Source of the DNA: Marsupella aquatica | Taxonomy: Eukaryota; Plantae; Marchantiophyta | NCBI GenBank assembly: GCA_973895155.1 | Contig: OZ316897.1 | Coordinates: forward strand, 7,120,470 to 7,184,469 | Direction: 5' to 3' | Length of the DNA stretch: 64,000 bases | Part shown: positions 46,835 to 58,716 of the stretch, one piece after another | Layout: each line of letters starts with the position of its first letter | Position numbering within the stretch: the stretch's first letter is position 1 | The notes under the pieces: generated by a model | The model's database searches: none | What the model was told of the DNA's origin: nothing | The model's input: the letters and a program-made list of their open reading frames with translations, nothing else | Made by a program: the position numbers and the translations under genes

Positions 46835-49800
46835 CTACTCCAAGTCAGAAGACTCGGACTCGCTACTGCCAGACCTATCGGTAGACTCGGCTTCATCATC
46901 TATAAATTTGCTTCTAGGTCCATCATTGAGTAAATGCTGATGGATGAATTTCCTATCTGAACCTCTCCTTAACCTTAAGTCCTTACTCTCCCAGGTAAGT
47001 GTTCTCCTCTGTTCTTCTTTGCGTGCAGCATATTCTGCATACGAGGGCAACACGAAAGGCTTCTGAGGAGAAACGAGAACCTTTTTTGAGTATTTCCTCC
47101 AAAGATTAAAACGTTCTTGAAGATTCCACTCCGATTTGGAAGAGGAACGGAACCACATTAGAATTGAAAATGAAAATGGGACAATTCCAGAATTGATAAT
47201 GTAAAGTGAAGTAGCTTACGGGCATTACTCAAAAGAATCCGAATCTTCTATTTCTTCCGTCGTATGCCTCTCCTTCTTGTTTCCTTCATTTTCCTCTCCT
47301 TGTCCTCCTGAAGCATCATTTCCAACATCATCTCCCTCCTCTTCATCTTCAGAGTCAAAATTTAAGACAGAGTGAACTTTATCTTTTTGTTTTCTTCCCA
47401 CATCTTTAGCGGGAGATGAGGAACTGACATCTTTTGGAATCAATAACTCCATCCATGTCTTTTCCGTAATCTCAACAAACTGTTTTTCGGTTTTCTATAC
47501 CAAGAATAAAACGACCACAATAGTCACCAACAACAAATGTACTTCCCGAACCCACATTCCAGTCCATGACAATGTCACCCGGCCAAGTGATTAACTCTAA
47601 CACAGATTGCATGAACCCAATGGACAAGCGTCCATTGCCAGCAAACGCTGCTAAATGAGTTGGATCCTTCCTCACACTTGGGAGACCAATAAGGTTAGTG
47701 ATAGAAGGATCTTCAGTTGCAGAGAGGGGTCGAAACTTGGGGTCCTTTGGAACCTTAACCTTTGACGAAACACGACTGAACAGATCCAATCTCAATGTGA
47801 AAACCTGTGAAATCCCAACAAAGTCCTTTGTTAAGATGCCGACGATCCAACCAGAAAATCATTACAATCACGGCATAACAATGAATTTTGGATAGCGCCA
47901 GGCGCTAACAAAGAATATCCCCTTAACCGAAGGGTATATGAAAACATTTTTAGCTAGCGCTCGGCGCTAACAAAGGACAGCACGAAGAGTGAGAGAATTT
48001 ACTTGACAGTCACTTCGGGCCATGTACATTGGAACTCCCATAACCACGTTCAGGGTTTTCACACACTGAAACTTTTGAGAGTCTTGGCTCGCGGCGATGA
48101 TCTATGAGATCTGATCATACTCGTCGGTATGCAAAATGGCCAATATACCATCATCTGCTAGAAAGGGGTCCATTGCGCGAAAGAATGAACCAACAATTTT
48201 GTGATCTAGGGAATTCCATTTTGGAGACTTCTTCTCTAAAAGGGAAGGGCGCAGTCCAGTTGGGAGGTAAACGAATCCAGCATCAACTCCAAATGATCTT
48301 ATCTTTCCTCCTCTTATGACTCCTTTCTCCCTTAGACCAAGCAAGACTAGGTCTTTCACCCACTTCTCCACATTTGACACCCAAGCCGGTTTTTGCTCTT
48401 TTGTGAACACACTCTCAAAGAAGTCCATTACGCTGGACTCAACAAAAACATGCCTAGAAGTCTTAGACTTGAACTGTACAACATCTTGTTGAACACCAGT
48501 AGAAGCGACCGAATCCCGAGAGGAAAATCCATGATCTGAATATTTCTTTTTCTTTTTCTTCGTGCTGGTGGCATCTGCTGGTTGCACCATCTTCTCCATG
48601 TTGGGAGGAGTCTGTTCATCAGGGACATCTTGTTCCCCCGTATTAGCTTCAGAGATGCCAGGAGTGACAGTCGTCTTTGCATCTTGTGTTTCTTCTCCAT
48701 CCGATTTCCGTCCACCTAGAAAAAGATACAAAAGTTTCCAAGATTACGGTCCACATAACACCAGCGCCGGGCGCTAACCAAACTGCCCAAAAAATCAACC
48801 AATAAATAGACAACTTGATCTGCAGCGCTCATCAAAAGTCACTGATATAATCAAGCTGGTGGAGAGAGAATACATAATGCCAATGGAAAATAGAAGAATC
48901 TCACGTTTCTTCCCGGATCTCATTGACGGGTTGGTTACTCCAGTGTCTACTTTTACTTTCGCCTGGGGTTTTTGACTCCTGTCTACATGCAAAACTTTTG
49001 TTTCGCAATGTTTCTGCAGCTCGCTCGCCGAGGCATCTACATCTTCCGATAAACCTTGTTTCATTTTAGAGAGAACTTTCCAAGGCACTAAAGACTTTGA
49101 TAATTTCAGAAATGCATCCTTTTCAGCTTCATCGAAAGGGGTGTCCCACTTATCTGTGTCAAGATACCATGGACAGTGGGTTATCTCCCACAATGAAATG
49201 TCACGTGGTGGAACATCCACTTCGGCAGGGTACATTGAGTAAACTTTGCTAAAAGCATCCCCCTCTAGAACGGACCATTTCTGGAATGCAGGAGGGTAAG
49301 CCCAAAAATACTCTGGAGAACTGGTCTCCATCGCCATGTAGAAGCGATACAGATATCTCTTGGCTCGCTTCTGGTTGCGAATTGTATAGTCTTCCTTGTC
49401 TCCGTACTTGGACTGCCAAATTGTGCTAAAAAACTTTGCCTTCACTGTTTCACCGTAAGTCTTGAAATCATTGGTGATGTTCAAGACCAAAGCTTCAAAC
49501 GTCTCCACTCCTGGCGTCAAACGATCAACAAGTAGGATTGACTGGACTTGCGAAAGAGATGTCTGTAACATTGCAATTGCAATTCCTTCCACCAAACTCC
49601 ACATGTGCCATGTATGACACCACTGTTTAACAAGATCATCATTCACACTTGGGGGATGGTAAAATTGTTTTCAGAGCTCGGGTGTACAGTGAGCGACAAG
49701 AAGAGTACAGTATAGTTGTGGATCCAAGTAGGAGACAGTAGTGAACAGATGCGCACGGTCCATTGTACAGACTACAGAGTCCAGCTTCTTTTCTCGTTTG

Positions 49801-51049
49801 TTCCTCTCCGTAAGAATGTCCATTTCTGCACAAGTTGACAAAAAATCACCAAACTTTGGGCTTATCAGGGGGGTAATCTTGGATGTCTTTATGCTCCACT
49901 CCTTTGTTGCCTCCTTCATCATGGCAGCATACCGCTTACCAGTCTCTTCAGATGACCACGGGCGACCTTGACTTGTCGCAGCAGCCAAGTCAAGCTTAAT
50001 TGAAGTGAATGCGACTTAATCTTGTTTTCACACAAGATGTAAACCAATGCTTCCAATGGCATCTGCTTGGTATACCAAGACCCCTTTCTTGTCTTGGCAC
50101 AAACAGTTTGGAATTGCTTGAAGCTGCCGGGGTCGATGATCGGCTTGTAGGCCTCCAAGTCATGAGCTAAAATCCGATTGATTCTATCGGCATCGAGAAT
50201 CCACGATGGTTCCACCACAGCTTGCCCTAACCTGTAAGATATAATGGCAAATATTAGCGCCTGGCGCTAACTAACCTTGCAAAAATCAAGTGCAATCGAC
50301 CAAATTCAATAGCGTTTATGCAACTTGAGGAATACTTACTGGTTCACCGTGTGCATAGCTGCTTCAAGCTCAACTAGAGAACCTCGATCTCCCTTAAAAA
50401 TAGTGCATTGAACATGCGGATGGTACTTGATATTGTCTGGATTCTCATTTGTTACTTGGGTCCACGAGTAGAGTCGATGATTCCCGTCAAAAACACAGAA
50501 CATCTTATCCTTCAGAATGTGGAAATCTGGATCAGTAGCACATTCTGCTTCAAACAAGTCGTTCTGGGCAACCCAAACAGCATCCCAGGTCTCCCAAATT
50601 TCAGGCGTGCAGAATTGAACGACTCCTTCTGAATTCGTGGGCTGAACGTAAAACCGCATCCCAATTGAAGAGTTGTACCCAGAGCTTCGAAACGAATCCT
50701 TGAGCTTGTCGATAGATGCACTATTTTTTTGTAGAGTCCGAACAATTTCCATGTGAACAAGCCGACAAAGAGGGATACACGGCGGCTCTTTCTTCTCCCC
50801 TCTGAAATCAACTCCAAACGACATTGCGTATTTCTCGATCACACCATCCATGGACAAAACTCCCTCGCCCCCGTCCTCCATCGCAAAATCTCTGTAAGAG
50901 TCCATGATGCCTCGTTTTGGCTTTGGAATTGCCTGACTAATGTTTCGCAAAGAGTTCGATGCAGACAAACGAGTGACTCTTCGAGTATAAACTGATCCCG
51001 AGAATGAGGACTCGGATGTTTCAGAATGGCCAAGAAAATGATTCTCCAT
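46835..51049 (-). pseudogene. Transposon accessory gene: ParB/Srx-like domain, helical middle region, beta-class N4C/N6A DNA methyltransferase-like domain, acidic tail
   Basis: VFDGNHRLYSW near 50460-50495. VDAGFVYLPTG...FLADDGILAILH (motif IV-VI position) and ITWPGDIVMDWNVGSGSTFVVGDYCGRFILGIE (motifs I-II). Inferred introns 50232-50339, 48716-48904, 47805-48002 and probably ~47158-47219. Several stops and frameshifts. Confidence 0.75.
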
Positions 51050-52292
51050 GTTTGTTTAAGATGCACACACACGAGGAACCCGCACCGCAACGTGCTTCTC
51101 GCGTGATGCAACATTTCTTGTGGTGCTATACCGATATGGACGAATGATTGACGACGACCCTAAACGGGCGTAGAGGTCATTCTAACGATCAAGGAAGACA
51201 CTATCGCAAAAAGATCTTATCTGATATACCCTGTGGCAGACCGACATGTATGACAAGTACACATCAAAAAGCACAAGCATCCAAAAGCAGACCTACTAAA
51301 GGTTGACACTTGTCACATTTTAACTCATTTATAGGTACTCGTGAATATATTTATCCAGGAATTTGTTATAAATTGTAACGATAAACGATCAAAGTTACCG
51401 TTTAAAAAGACCATTTATGTCAATATTCTACTTTGATCTAATATTAGCGTCTGGCGCTATTATAATGCTAGACTAAAATATATCTTGAGATGAAGGATTT
51501 TAATAATAGCACTTGGCGCTAGTAACATTGTACTAAAAAATCATGCGAATGATTGGACTGAAGCGAGAATTTTTTTGTAATAAACGGCTTCTATTTCTAT
51601 CAATTTTATGAAAGTGCCAGGTGCTATTTTCTTTTAGTCTCAAATAGGGCTTAAATGTGTAGATTTCAATAATAGCGCCCGACGCTAGTAACGAGACACT
51701 TCAAAATGGCTTAGATGTTTGGACCCAAAATGTGCGAGTTTCTATAAATAATGACCGTTAGATCTTGACATTTTTATCAATTTTATGATAGCACCTGGCA
51801 CTAGTATTATGATAACTTCTACTCGAGCTCAAATGGATCAATTTTAATATTAGAAGAGGGTAATATTGTCGTCGGCCATAAATAAGACGCTATTTCCAAG
51901 GAAACCCGATACATTTCAGCTTAAATGTTGTCATAATGAGTAGCTGTCGTAGGATGTTAACATGTGGCAGTAACCAAAATGGCCGTTGATCTTTGCTTTT
52001 GTTGTTCATTTTTGGGCTCTTTCAGATGTGGAAAACGCTAGCGCCTGGCGCTACTATATTACCCCGTCGGTTACAACGTCAAAACAATTAATTCAACAGT
52101 AACTATCCGCCGAATTGATGGTTTTGTCGTTTCTTGAACGGTAAGAAAATCCGTACCCAACGGATCCTATAACCGCTCGACGGCTCTTTCCGTTTGAGAC
52201 TTGGATTAAGGAGAAACCCTCAACCATACAATCTAGCTTCATTTTACCATGTATCATTATTTTATGTTGTCGGTTATCTTTGGGGAGTTAGA

Positions 52293-55200
52293 ATGTCTCG
52301 CATTATTCGAATAACGTGTCCGAACACAAGTGACGTTGTGACAATCCCTGTGTCGATTTCCAAAACTAGGAAACGTGTTAGTGATAATTACCTGTGTGGA
52401 AGATTTGGGGTGATGAGAAAACATATTTTGAGTGTCAAAACTTTGAACGATGGGCCCGCTCATTTTGATACTGAAGCGGAGGATGTTGTTTGGAATCTCG
52501 AATATGGCATGGAGTACTTGATTTTCATTCAACTAAGGGACATCATTCAGGTCAAGGTGGAGAGGCCTCAGGTGGCTCACGATGTGATTGACCTTACGTC
52601 CGACGCTGAATTCTCTGAGGGTTCTCCACCAATCTCAAAGGGCGATGAGGTCAAGAAGGAGGGCGGGAGTACCAGTTTGTTGATGCCCCAGGTACCCCCC
52701 GTATTGATTGCATTGGAGGGGTCTGATGATGGAGACACTCTAACCTGTCCTATTCTGGTTGTGTACAGAAGAAGCACACTTGATGCCTTATTGAAGTCAA
52801 CTGGATAAAGTGAGTTATCGCGCTTTGTTAGGTCCGAGGCATTCATTCACAAACAGGTTGAATGCTTACCTGTAGAGTACAATGGGAATACCATATTGGA
52901 GCTTCCACGTGTTCAAGGTGTTGGCTCGAAAGGGGATCGTCTGTGAAACATGGATCGATCCAAGGCATGCTACCTCTGGACTAGAATCTTTCCTACTTCT
53001 GCTAATGTCGTTCCGAAGAAGATGTGGGAGTTTGGGAAAGTAAGCTGTAATGGTTCTCTCAAATGCCAAAATAGAGCATGTGAGTTTTACACCAGGACTC
53101 AAGTCAGAAACTGTAATGGATGGGATGGGACCCCCAAGCTCTCTGGTCAGCATTGTCCTGGGAGGTTGATCGATGCTGGAGGAATTGTTTGTTGCTATTG
53201 CCTTCAAGTTCCATTTTGTCTTGAGTCTTGTCCAGCAAAAATGTTTTATATGTACCCGCAAGTTTTGATCGAAATGACACTGCAAAACACATGTCATGAC
53301 TTGCAATCCATATGGGGGTGCACAACCATCCATGTTAGAAGGTCTGGTCTAGAAGTGCTGAGAAAATAGCAATAGAAGAAATACGGAGACAGCATGAGAA
53401 GTCTCCTTCTACACCGTGCGTTTTGAAAAATGAGATCACTAGATCTTTAATGGATGCCGTAGGTGAGTTTGTGGATGACATTTCAAAGCTAGAAGAATCA
53501 GAAATCTGGAAATCACTTATGCTCGTTTCAACGCCTCAAAAGTTTTTTGCGTTATTTAAGAGCGTTCGTAAAGATCAGGTTGGTCGAGGTGATTTGGAAT
53601 ATCTGGTTCGCATGCAGAAGAATGTTACGTTTCCTTTTCTCCAAAGATATCTTCTTCCTAGGCAGGGCTGTAAAGGTGATAGAGCACATATTTTCAAAAT
53701 GACTATCAAAGGTCATGGATCGGGAGTAGATTTACTGCGTCAGATGAAGAAAGGGGGGCCTCTAGAAGGAGCATGGGTGAGCTTTGACGTGATGAAAAGG
53801 ATGTCCAAAGAATGGAGTACTTTTAGTGCACATGTGTATGACCATAACTATCGAGCTTTGTGCACAATATTTACTTGTGAACTCAAAGCAGAGGACACTG
53901 CATTGCTTGAGAAAGCTTGGAGGTTGATGATCGAAGTCGCTTTGGAGAACGGTTTAAAGGGCGTGGAAATCCATGGTTTCATGGCGGATAATGCTCAGGC
54001 AGGATGGATAGCGGTTAGGAATGTCTTCTTTGACGGCCATCCAAACCCGGAGAGAGAGCAATCGGATGCATTCCACTTTTATCAGTCTTTGCATCGGCAC
54101 TCTATCGAAGGAGTACTTGAAGAAAAACGTGCTGAACATCAAATCCTTTGGGACAAGTTGCGCAATGCCGCTTCATTTGTGGAAGCCTACAGGGTTTCAC
54201 GAGAGATTGATTCATGGTGGAGATATGGAAATTGTATTCCTGGGAAACTTAGAATGTTGCAAGGATGGATCGCTTGGTGGGTTGTGAGGTGGCATCAATG
54301 GGGAAATTTCATACGTTTGGTGAGTCAATGTAGACTAGCGCCTGGCGCTAGTATTAATCTCCTTTTTCTAATTGTGCTCTTTACTCATGTTTTTTGCCAG
54401 CGCCGGGCGCTAACGTACGAATAGCTTGATAGCGTCTTCAATCTTCACAATCATAATGAAAAACATTCATACCTTTCGTCCGCCCATTTTGAAGTTCCAC
54501 TTTATTTTTTATTCGATATATTGTACTGAATTTGACAAAACTCTTTTTCAGAGCAAAAGTGCACTTGAAGGGGGGATGATTCCCAATTGCACTAGTTCTG
54601 AAGCTGTTCACGGAATCATGAAAGCATGGCAGGGAAAGAAAACAGTTGGTTTGTTCGAAGGATGTAAGACCAATCACAACAGAGCAATCTCACAAATAGC
54701 AGCCTATACAGCATATCGTGAAGGGCTCCATCGGGGTACCGGTCCAACAATGTTTGAATTGGCTTTTCGTTCGGCTCACCAGGAAGGGTCCCCAAAACTC
54801 TTCGAAGAAGCCTCTAATATGTTACTCGCAAATGCAGCAAAATTTAATTTGGAGGGATTCTCCGTTGAATGGGGATTTTGTGACAAAGTCTATGAAAAGT
54901 AAAGGTCCGGCGACCGGGAATGTCTCTCCACAAGACTTCCATCGACATGACACGGTTCTCATAACTACACCAAACACCCGAGGTTGCAAGAGGAGAAATT
55001 TGAACTCATCCGAGTTTGAGCACATTCCGATACTTAGCACTCCTCCTTCGAATCCAGTTATCGATTTTTCTGAAAGTGGCTCTCTAGTTCCCATCATGTC
55101 ACTCAATCTTCCAAAGTTCTAGAAAGTGCTCCGAACACCACTCCATTCATTCCTGTAGACACTTCGCTTTTTGAAGTGGACGTTGTACCCGGGTCTTGGC

Positions 55201-56043
55201 ATCTGTAGAGAGTTTCCAGACACAGTGTTGGACCACAGTGTAATGGGACGTTGTCTGGAAGTTGTGATCGAGATGAGTGTCGTAATCAAATTAAGAAGGT
55301 CGGATATCCTTCAAATGCAGGGGTTTTCGGAATAGTCGTCAAAGGTTACCGCTTATTCAGAGGTGAACACCATCCAGAGTTTGTCTGGTTCTACCCCACT
55401 TGTGATTGCTGGAAGAGCCGCCCTCATCGAGGTATTGTGAACCTCCCTACTTGCCCAAACTTTTTGCCAATACAGAAAGGCACTCATCTTTCAAGTCTGG
55501 AGTTGAATTTCCTTCAAGAGCAGGGCATTGAAGTCTTGAGAGGAGGTGTTGTTTCACGTTGTCCTTCTCCATTTGAATTGAGAATCAACATTGATGTTTT
55601 TTCTGAAAAGATCGATCTTGCACAAGTTAACATCCGTTTTCAAACGAGAAACGGGCGTGCGATGAGCTCCAGATCAAAACTCAGGAATATCATAAAAGGA
55701 TTGAATTAGTAACGAAAGAAACAATGACTTTGATCAAAACTATGGAAGTTTCATCGGGAAATTCTTACGGGAATCGATTCCAGATACGCACACATGCACA
55801 TTTACGAACTGCAAATACTTACTGGGTGCAGATTTGCATTTTCCCTTATTGCTCTTGTGAAGATTTCTTTCGTCGACATTCTCGAGGGAAACCTTTCATA
55901 CCATGTAAACACTTGTACTGGGTTTACAAAGTTATCTGCAAGCTTGATCTTGTGGACAATATCCTCCCAAGCCAACCGATTCTTACTATTGCGGATCGGA
56001 ATTGCGTTATATTCTAGGGAGGCAGAATGCCGATGGTTTATAG
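52293..56043 (+). pseudogene. MULE-type DDE transposase with N-terminal Cys/His finger and SWIM finger, copy 2
   Basis: Collinear with 3569-7078: SFDVM, MADNAQAG, DAFHFYQ, CTSSEAVH, CSCEDF..PCKH. Intron 54320-54551. Multiple stops and frameshifts. Confidence 0.8.
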
Positions 56044-56701
56044 TAAGGCTTAGTATTCTAGTTTACGTTCAACGGGTATGTAGGACTTGTCGTTTCGTAA
56101 CGGTAACTTTGTTTTGGTTAGCGCCCGGCGCTAGTAAACAACATTTGGTTTCTTTTCAACACGGCTCAATCTTTTGTGGGTTGCACATAAAACTTAATTT
56201 GTTTTTACAATTTTACGGATGTGTAAATTTCATTGTACGGGTAACGGAGATTTGTTTGTATTCAATCATCACTTGGCCTTCAGTTTTGTTAGCGCCCGAT
56301 GCTAGACTCCATTTCCTTACTTGGTTGCAGTTTGTAGTTTCTAGGTCTGAACGTGTGGATTTCTTTCGTTATGCATTCTCGAGGATGACCTTTTCTTGCC
56401 TTATAAACCATTATCCTCTGATCATTCCAGTAGATGGTTAGCGGGTATTTTGTTAATGATATTTTGTAACGGTATCAAACGCTTGGTTAGGACTAAAGCG
56501 CTAGTAAAGGCGTCTTCCGATAATTGTCGTTTTCCCCATCTTTTTGAGTTTATGTTGAATTTGACCTCTTTGGTTTGGTCCAAAATTAAGCCATTTTTTG
56601 TGAATGATAGTACCAAGTCTCCTGTTTTGTTCAACTATTTTTCCTTTTATGATCATCACTGTTTCCTGTTTCCTGTCACGGAGGTTGGGCCCCTTGGTTA
56701 G

Positions 56702-57359
56702 CTATGGGCTACCATTTCAGTCGGCAAGCATCACTTGCATCCTTCTCACCTTAGTTTTTTCTCTATGGTAGAGAGCCAAATTTGCCAGCAGCTATTCATC
56801 GTGATGCTGCACCAATTGTGAACTTGGATGATCCTGATGTTTGGGTCAAGGTGTGTTCAGAGAGAGCACAAGTATTTTAGAGAGTGATGCCCATGGCTTT
56901 TGACAACCTTGCCATTGCCCAACATCGTGATACTTTGAGGTATGCCACTATTCATGGAGGAGGTTACCGTGCAAGCATTCGACGATTTCATCCTGGTGAT
57001 TATGTTTATTTGTAGTAGACAACACCCACGACGCTTGATGTGACCGCAAGCCGGACAATCTTACGTGTGCATGAAGTGTTGTCTTCTGGTGTCCTGATGT
57101 TGGAGGGACGCAATGGTATGGTTTGGAAGGATCATGTGCGCAACTGTGCACCATGTCACCTTCCCAACATTGATGGTATAGTAGATCCAAGCCTGGCACA
57201 TGTTCGTGCTGGCTTGAAATGTATGTTGTGTGGATCTGCTCAGGGAGCAGCTACTATGTTGTTTGTGATAAGTGTTCTAGAGGATGGCACATGTCATGTT
57301 TGACACCACCATTGCAGGTGATTCCGAGTGGATCATGGTTGTGTCCTCAGTGTTGGTGA
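56702..57359 (+). pseudogene. Integrase C-terminus and PHD finger of element B
   Basis: LYGREP and GDYVYL. 57220-57359 reads CMLC...CDKCSRGWHMSCLTPPLQVIPSGSWLCPQC (C4HC3) across one frameshift. Confidence 0.85.
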
Positions 57360-57486
57360 AGCCAACTAGTTATCATTTGTGTTCTCTTGGCCGATATGGA
57401 TTGCAAGAAGGTGATTGATGGGGCTCACTTGCACCCGGCCTCTTGATCTAGAGTTAGGGGACCTTACTCCCAACTAGGATGGCGAT

Positions 57487-58086
57487 TGTGGGTTTTGGAC
57501 ATGTGTGGACATGAGTTCCACTTGTATTCCATTCTCTTGTCTTTGTGATGTTACATTGTGGATATGTTTGGATGTGTGTGACAAGAAATGTATGTTGTGT
57601 AGCAATTTGTATGCGCACGACAATTGTCACACCATTCTAGATGTTGTTGTAGTATATAGTGCTAGTTGAGTATGTACATTTTGGATGTGTGCTATTGGAG
57701 ATGATAGGGTTCCATTAGGTTGTGTGAGAGGGTAGTTCTCTCTTGTGAGGCATTGAAAGGTTATCTTTCAATGTTGAGCCTTGGAGAGGGGAGGTTGTGT
57801 GGTGGCTATGGTGGCTGAGAGCTCTCTCTATGTAGTGTGGATTCCTTGAGTGCAAGGTGCGTTGGCTTGACATACATGTGTGATTGGATCGAACAAGATT
57901 GAGCACGTATTGTTGGCATCGATCATTGTTCCGATTGTTATTCCGATTATTGTGGGTTTTGGACATGTGTGCACATGAGTTCCACTTGTATTCCATTCTC
58001 TTGTGTTTGTGATGTTGCATTGTGGATATGTTTAGATATGTGTGACAAGCGATGTATGTTGTGTAGCGATGTGTATGCGCACAACA
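57487..58086 (+). repeat. Probable 3' LTR region of element B, with a 136-bp direct repeat (57487-57622, 57951-58086)
   Basis: Direct repeat visible, ends ...ACAACA. A ~60-bp block at 57882-57940 also occurs at 15493-15551. Confidence 0.5.
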
Positions 58087-58716
58087 GAATCCCTCAATAG
58101 AGTGGCGTCTCTTACTCTACGTCGCAACTCTCTATCCAAAATTGCATACCAAAATTGAACTGCTTGGGCCTCTGTCACTCCCTTGGTAACTGTAATTAAT
58201 CTTTGCATACAAGTATATGCTTTGCGTAGACTCACTCTAGTCTTGCGCTAAAAATCTTGAAGACCCTTCAACTTATCAGTTCTCACACCCTGGTAGTTTT
58301 GCTTCAACACATCAAAGAACTTCACCACTGGGTTAAATTTGGCATAACTCCACTCCCACCCATAATTGCACCAGTAGGAGTAACGGTGGATGCTGGTGGA
58401 GTGCCACTTTGGCTAGTGCTACTAGAAGAAGCAACAGCCAGGGCAACAAGTTGAGAAACCATACTTGTGCCGTAAGTGATGGACACAAAGTTTGGTGACC
58501 AATGTTTTCTCCATATCTCAATATCAGCCAAATGGGTCTTTCAAATCTCATGGTAATCATCCATGGGTGGACCCTCCAAATGCTAAAATAACCCTTTCCA
58601 TGCCATGAAAGGTGTAAACAACATGGCATTATGCATTGTTTGCATATCACACCACATATCAAACTCTTGGATGAAATCATCCAAATCAATTGTGCCTATT
58701 GCACCAGAGTATCTCC
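58087..58716 (-). pseudogene. Inverted gag remnant of the element B family
   Basis: Reverse-complement homology to 16530-16883 plus 19798-19975 (EAQAVQFWYAILDRELRRRVRDATLLRD). Confidence 0.82.

Larger units (their letters stand above)
45243..56304. repeat. Dispersed 15-bp palindrome TAGCGCCNGGCGCTA, MULE copy 2
   Basis: Exact or variant copies at 45243, 45628, 45863, 46779, 47893, 47955, 48762, 50255, 51445, 51507, 51612, 51673, 51789, 52039, 54336, 54398, 56119 and 56290. Confidence 0.95.
45050..56692. mobile_element. Mutator-like DNA transposon, copy 2, complete (11,643 bp)
   Basis: 9-bp TSD CTTGGTTAG (45041-45049, 56693-56701). Imperfect ~85-bp inverted repeats begin CCGTGACAGGAAACAG 11 nt inside each end. 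Interrupts the integrase of element B. Confidence 0.95.
16520..57359 (+). mobile_element. Ty3/gypsy element B coding region (gag-protease-C5 DNMT-RT-RNaseH-integrase-PHD), split by nested insertions
   Basis: Segments 16520-16883, 19798-20551, 40738-45049 and 56702-57359 join across TSDs TGAAG, TCTGG and CTTGGTTAG, e.g. DWDLQLPWL|AMGY. Heavily decayed. LTR limits unresolved. Confidence 0.82.

Noticed and set aside
45050-56692. Helitron/Helentron, Replitron or tyrosine-recombinase element, suggested by the asymmetric ends
   Set aside because: 8-9-bp TSDs and a MULE-like DDE/SWIM transposase are present. No HUH, helicase or tyrosine recombinase motifs seen.
57487-58086. TRIM element
   Set aside because: No matching TSD and no PBS after the first repeat.
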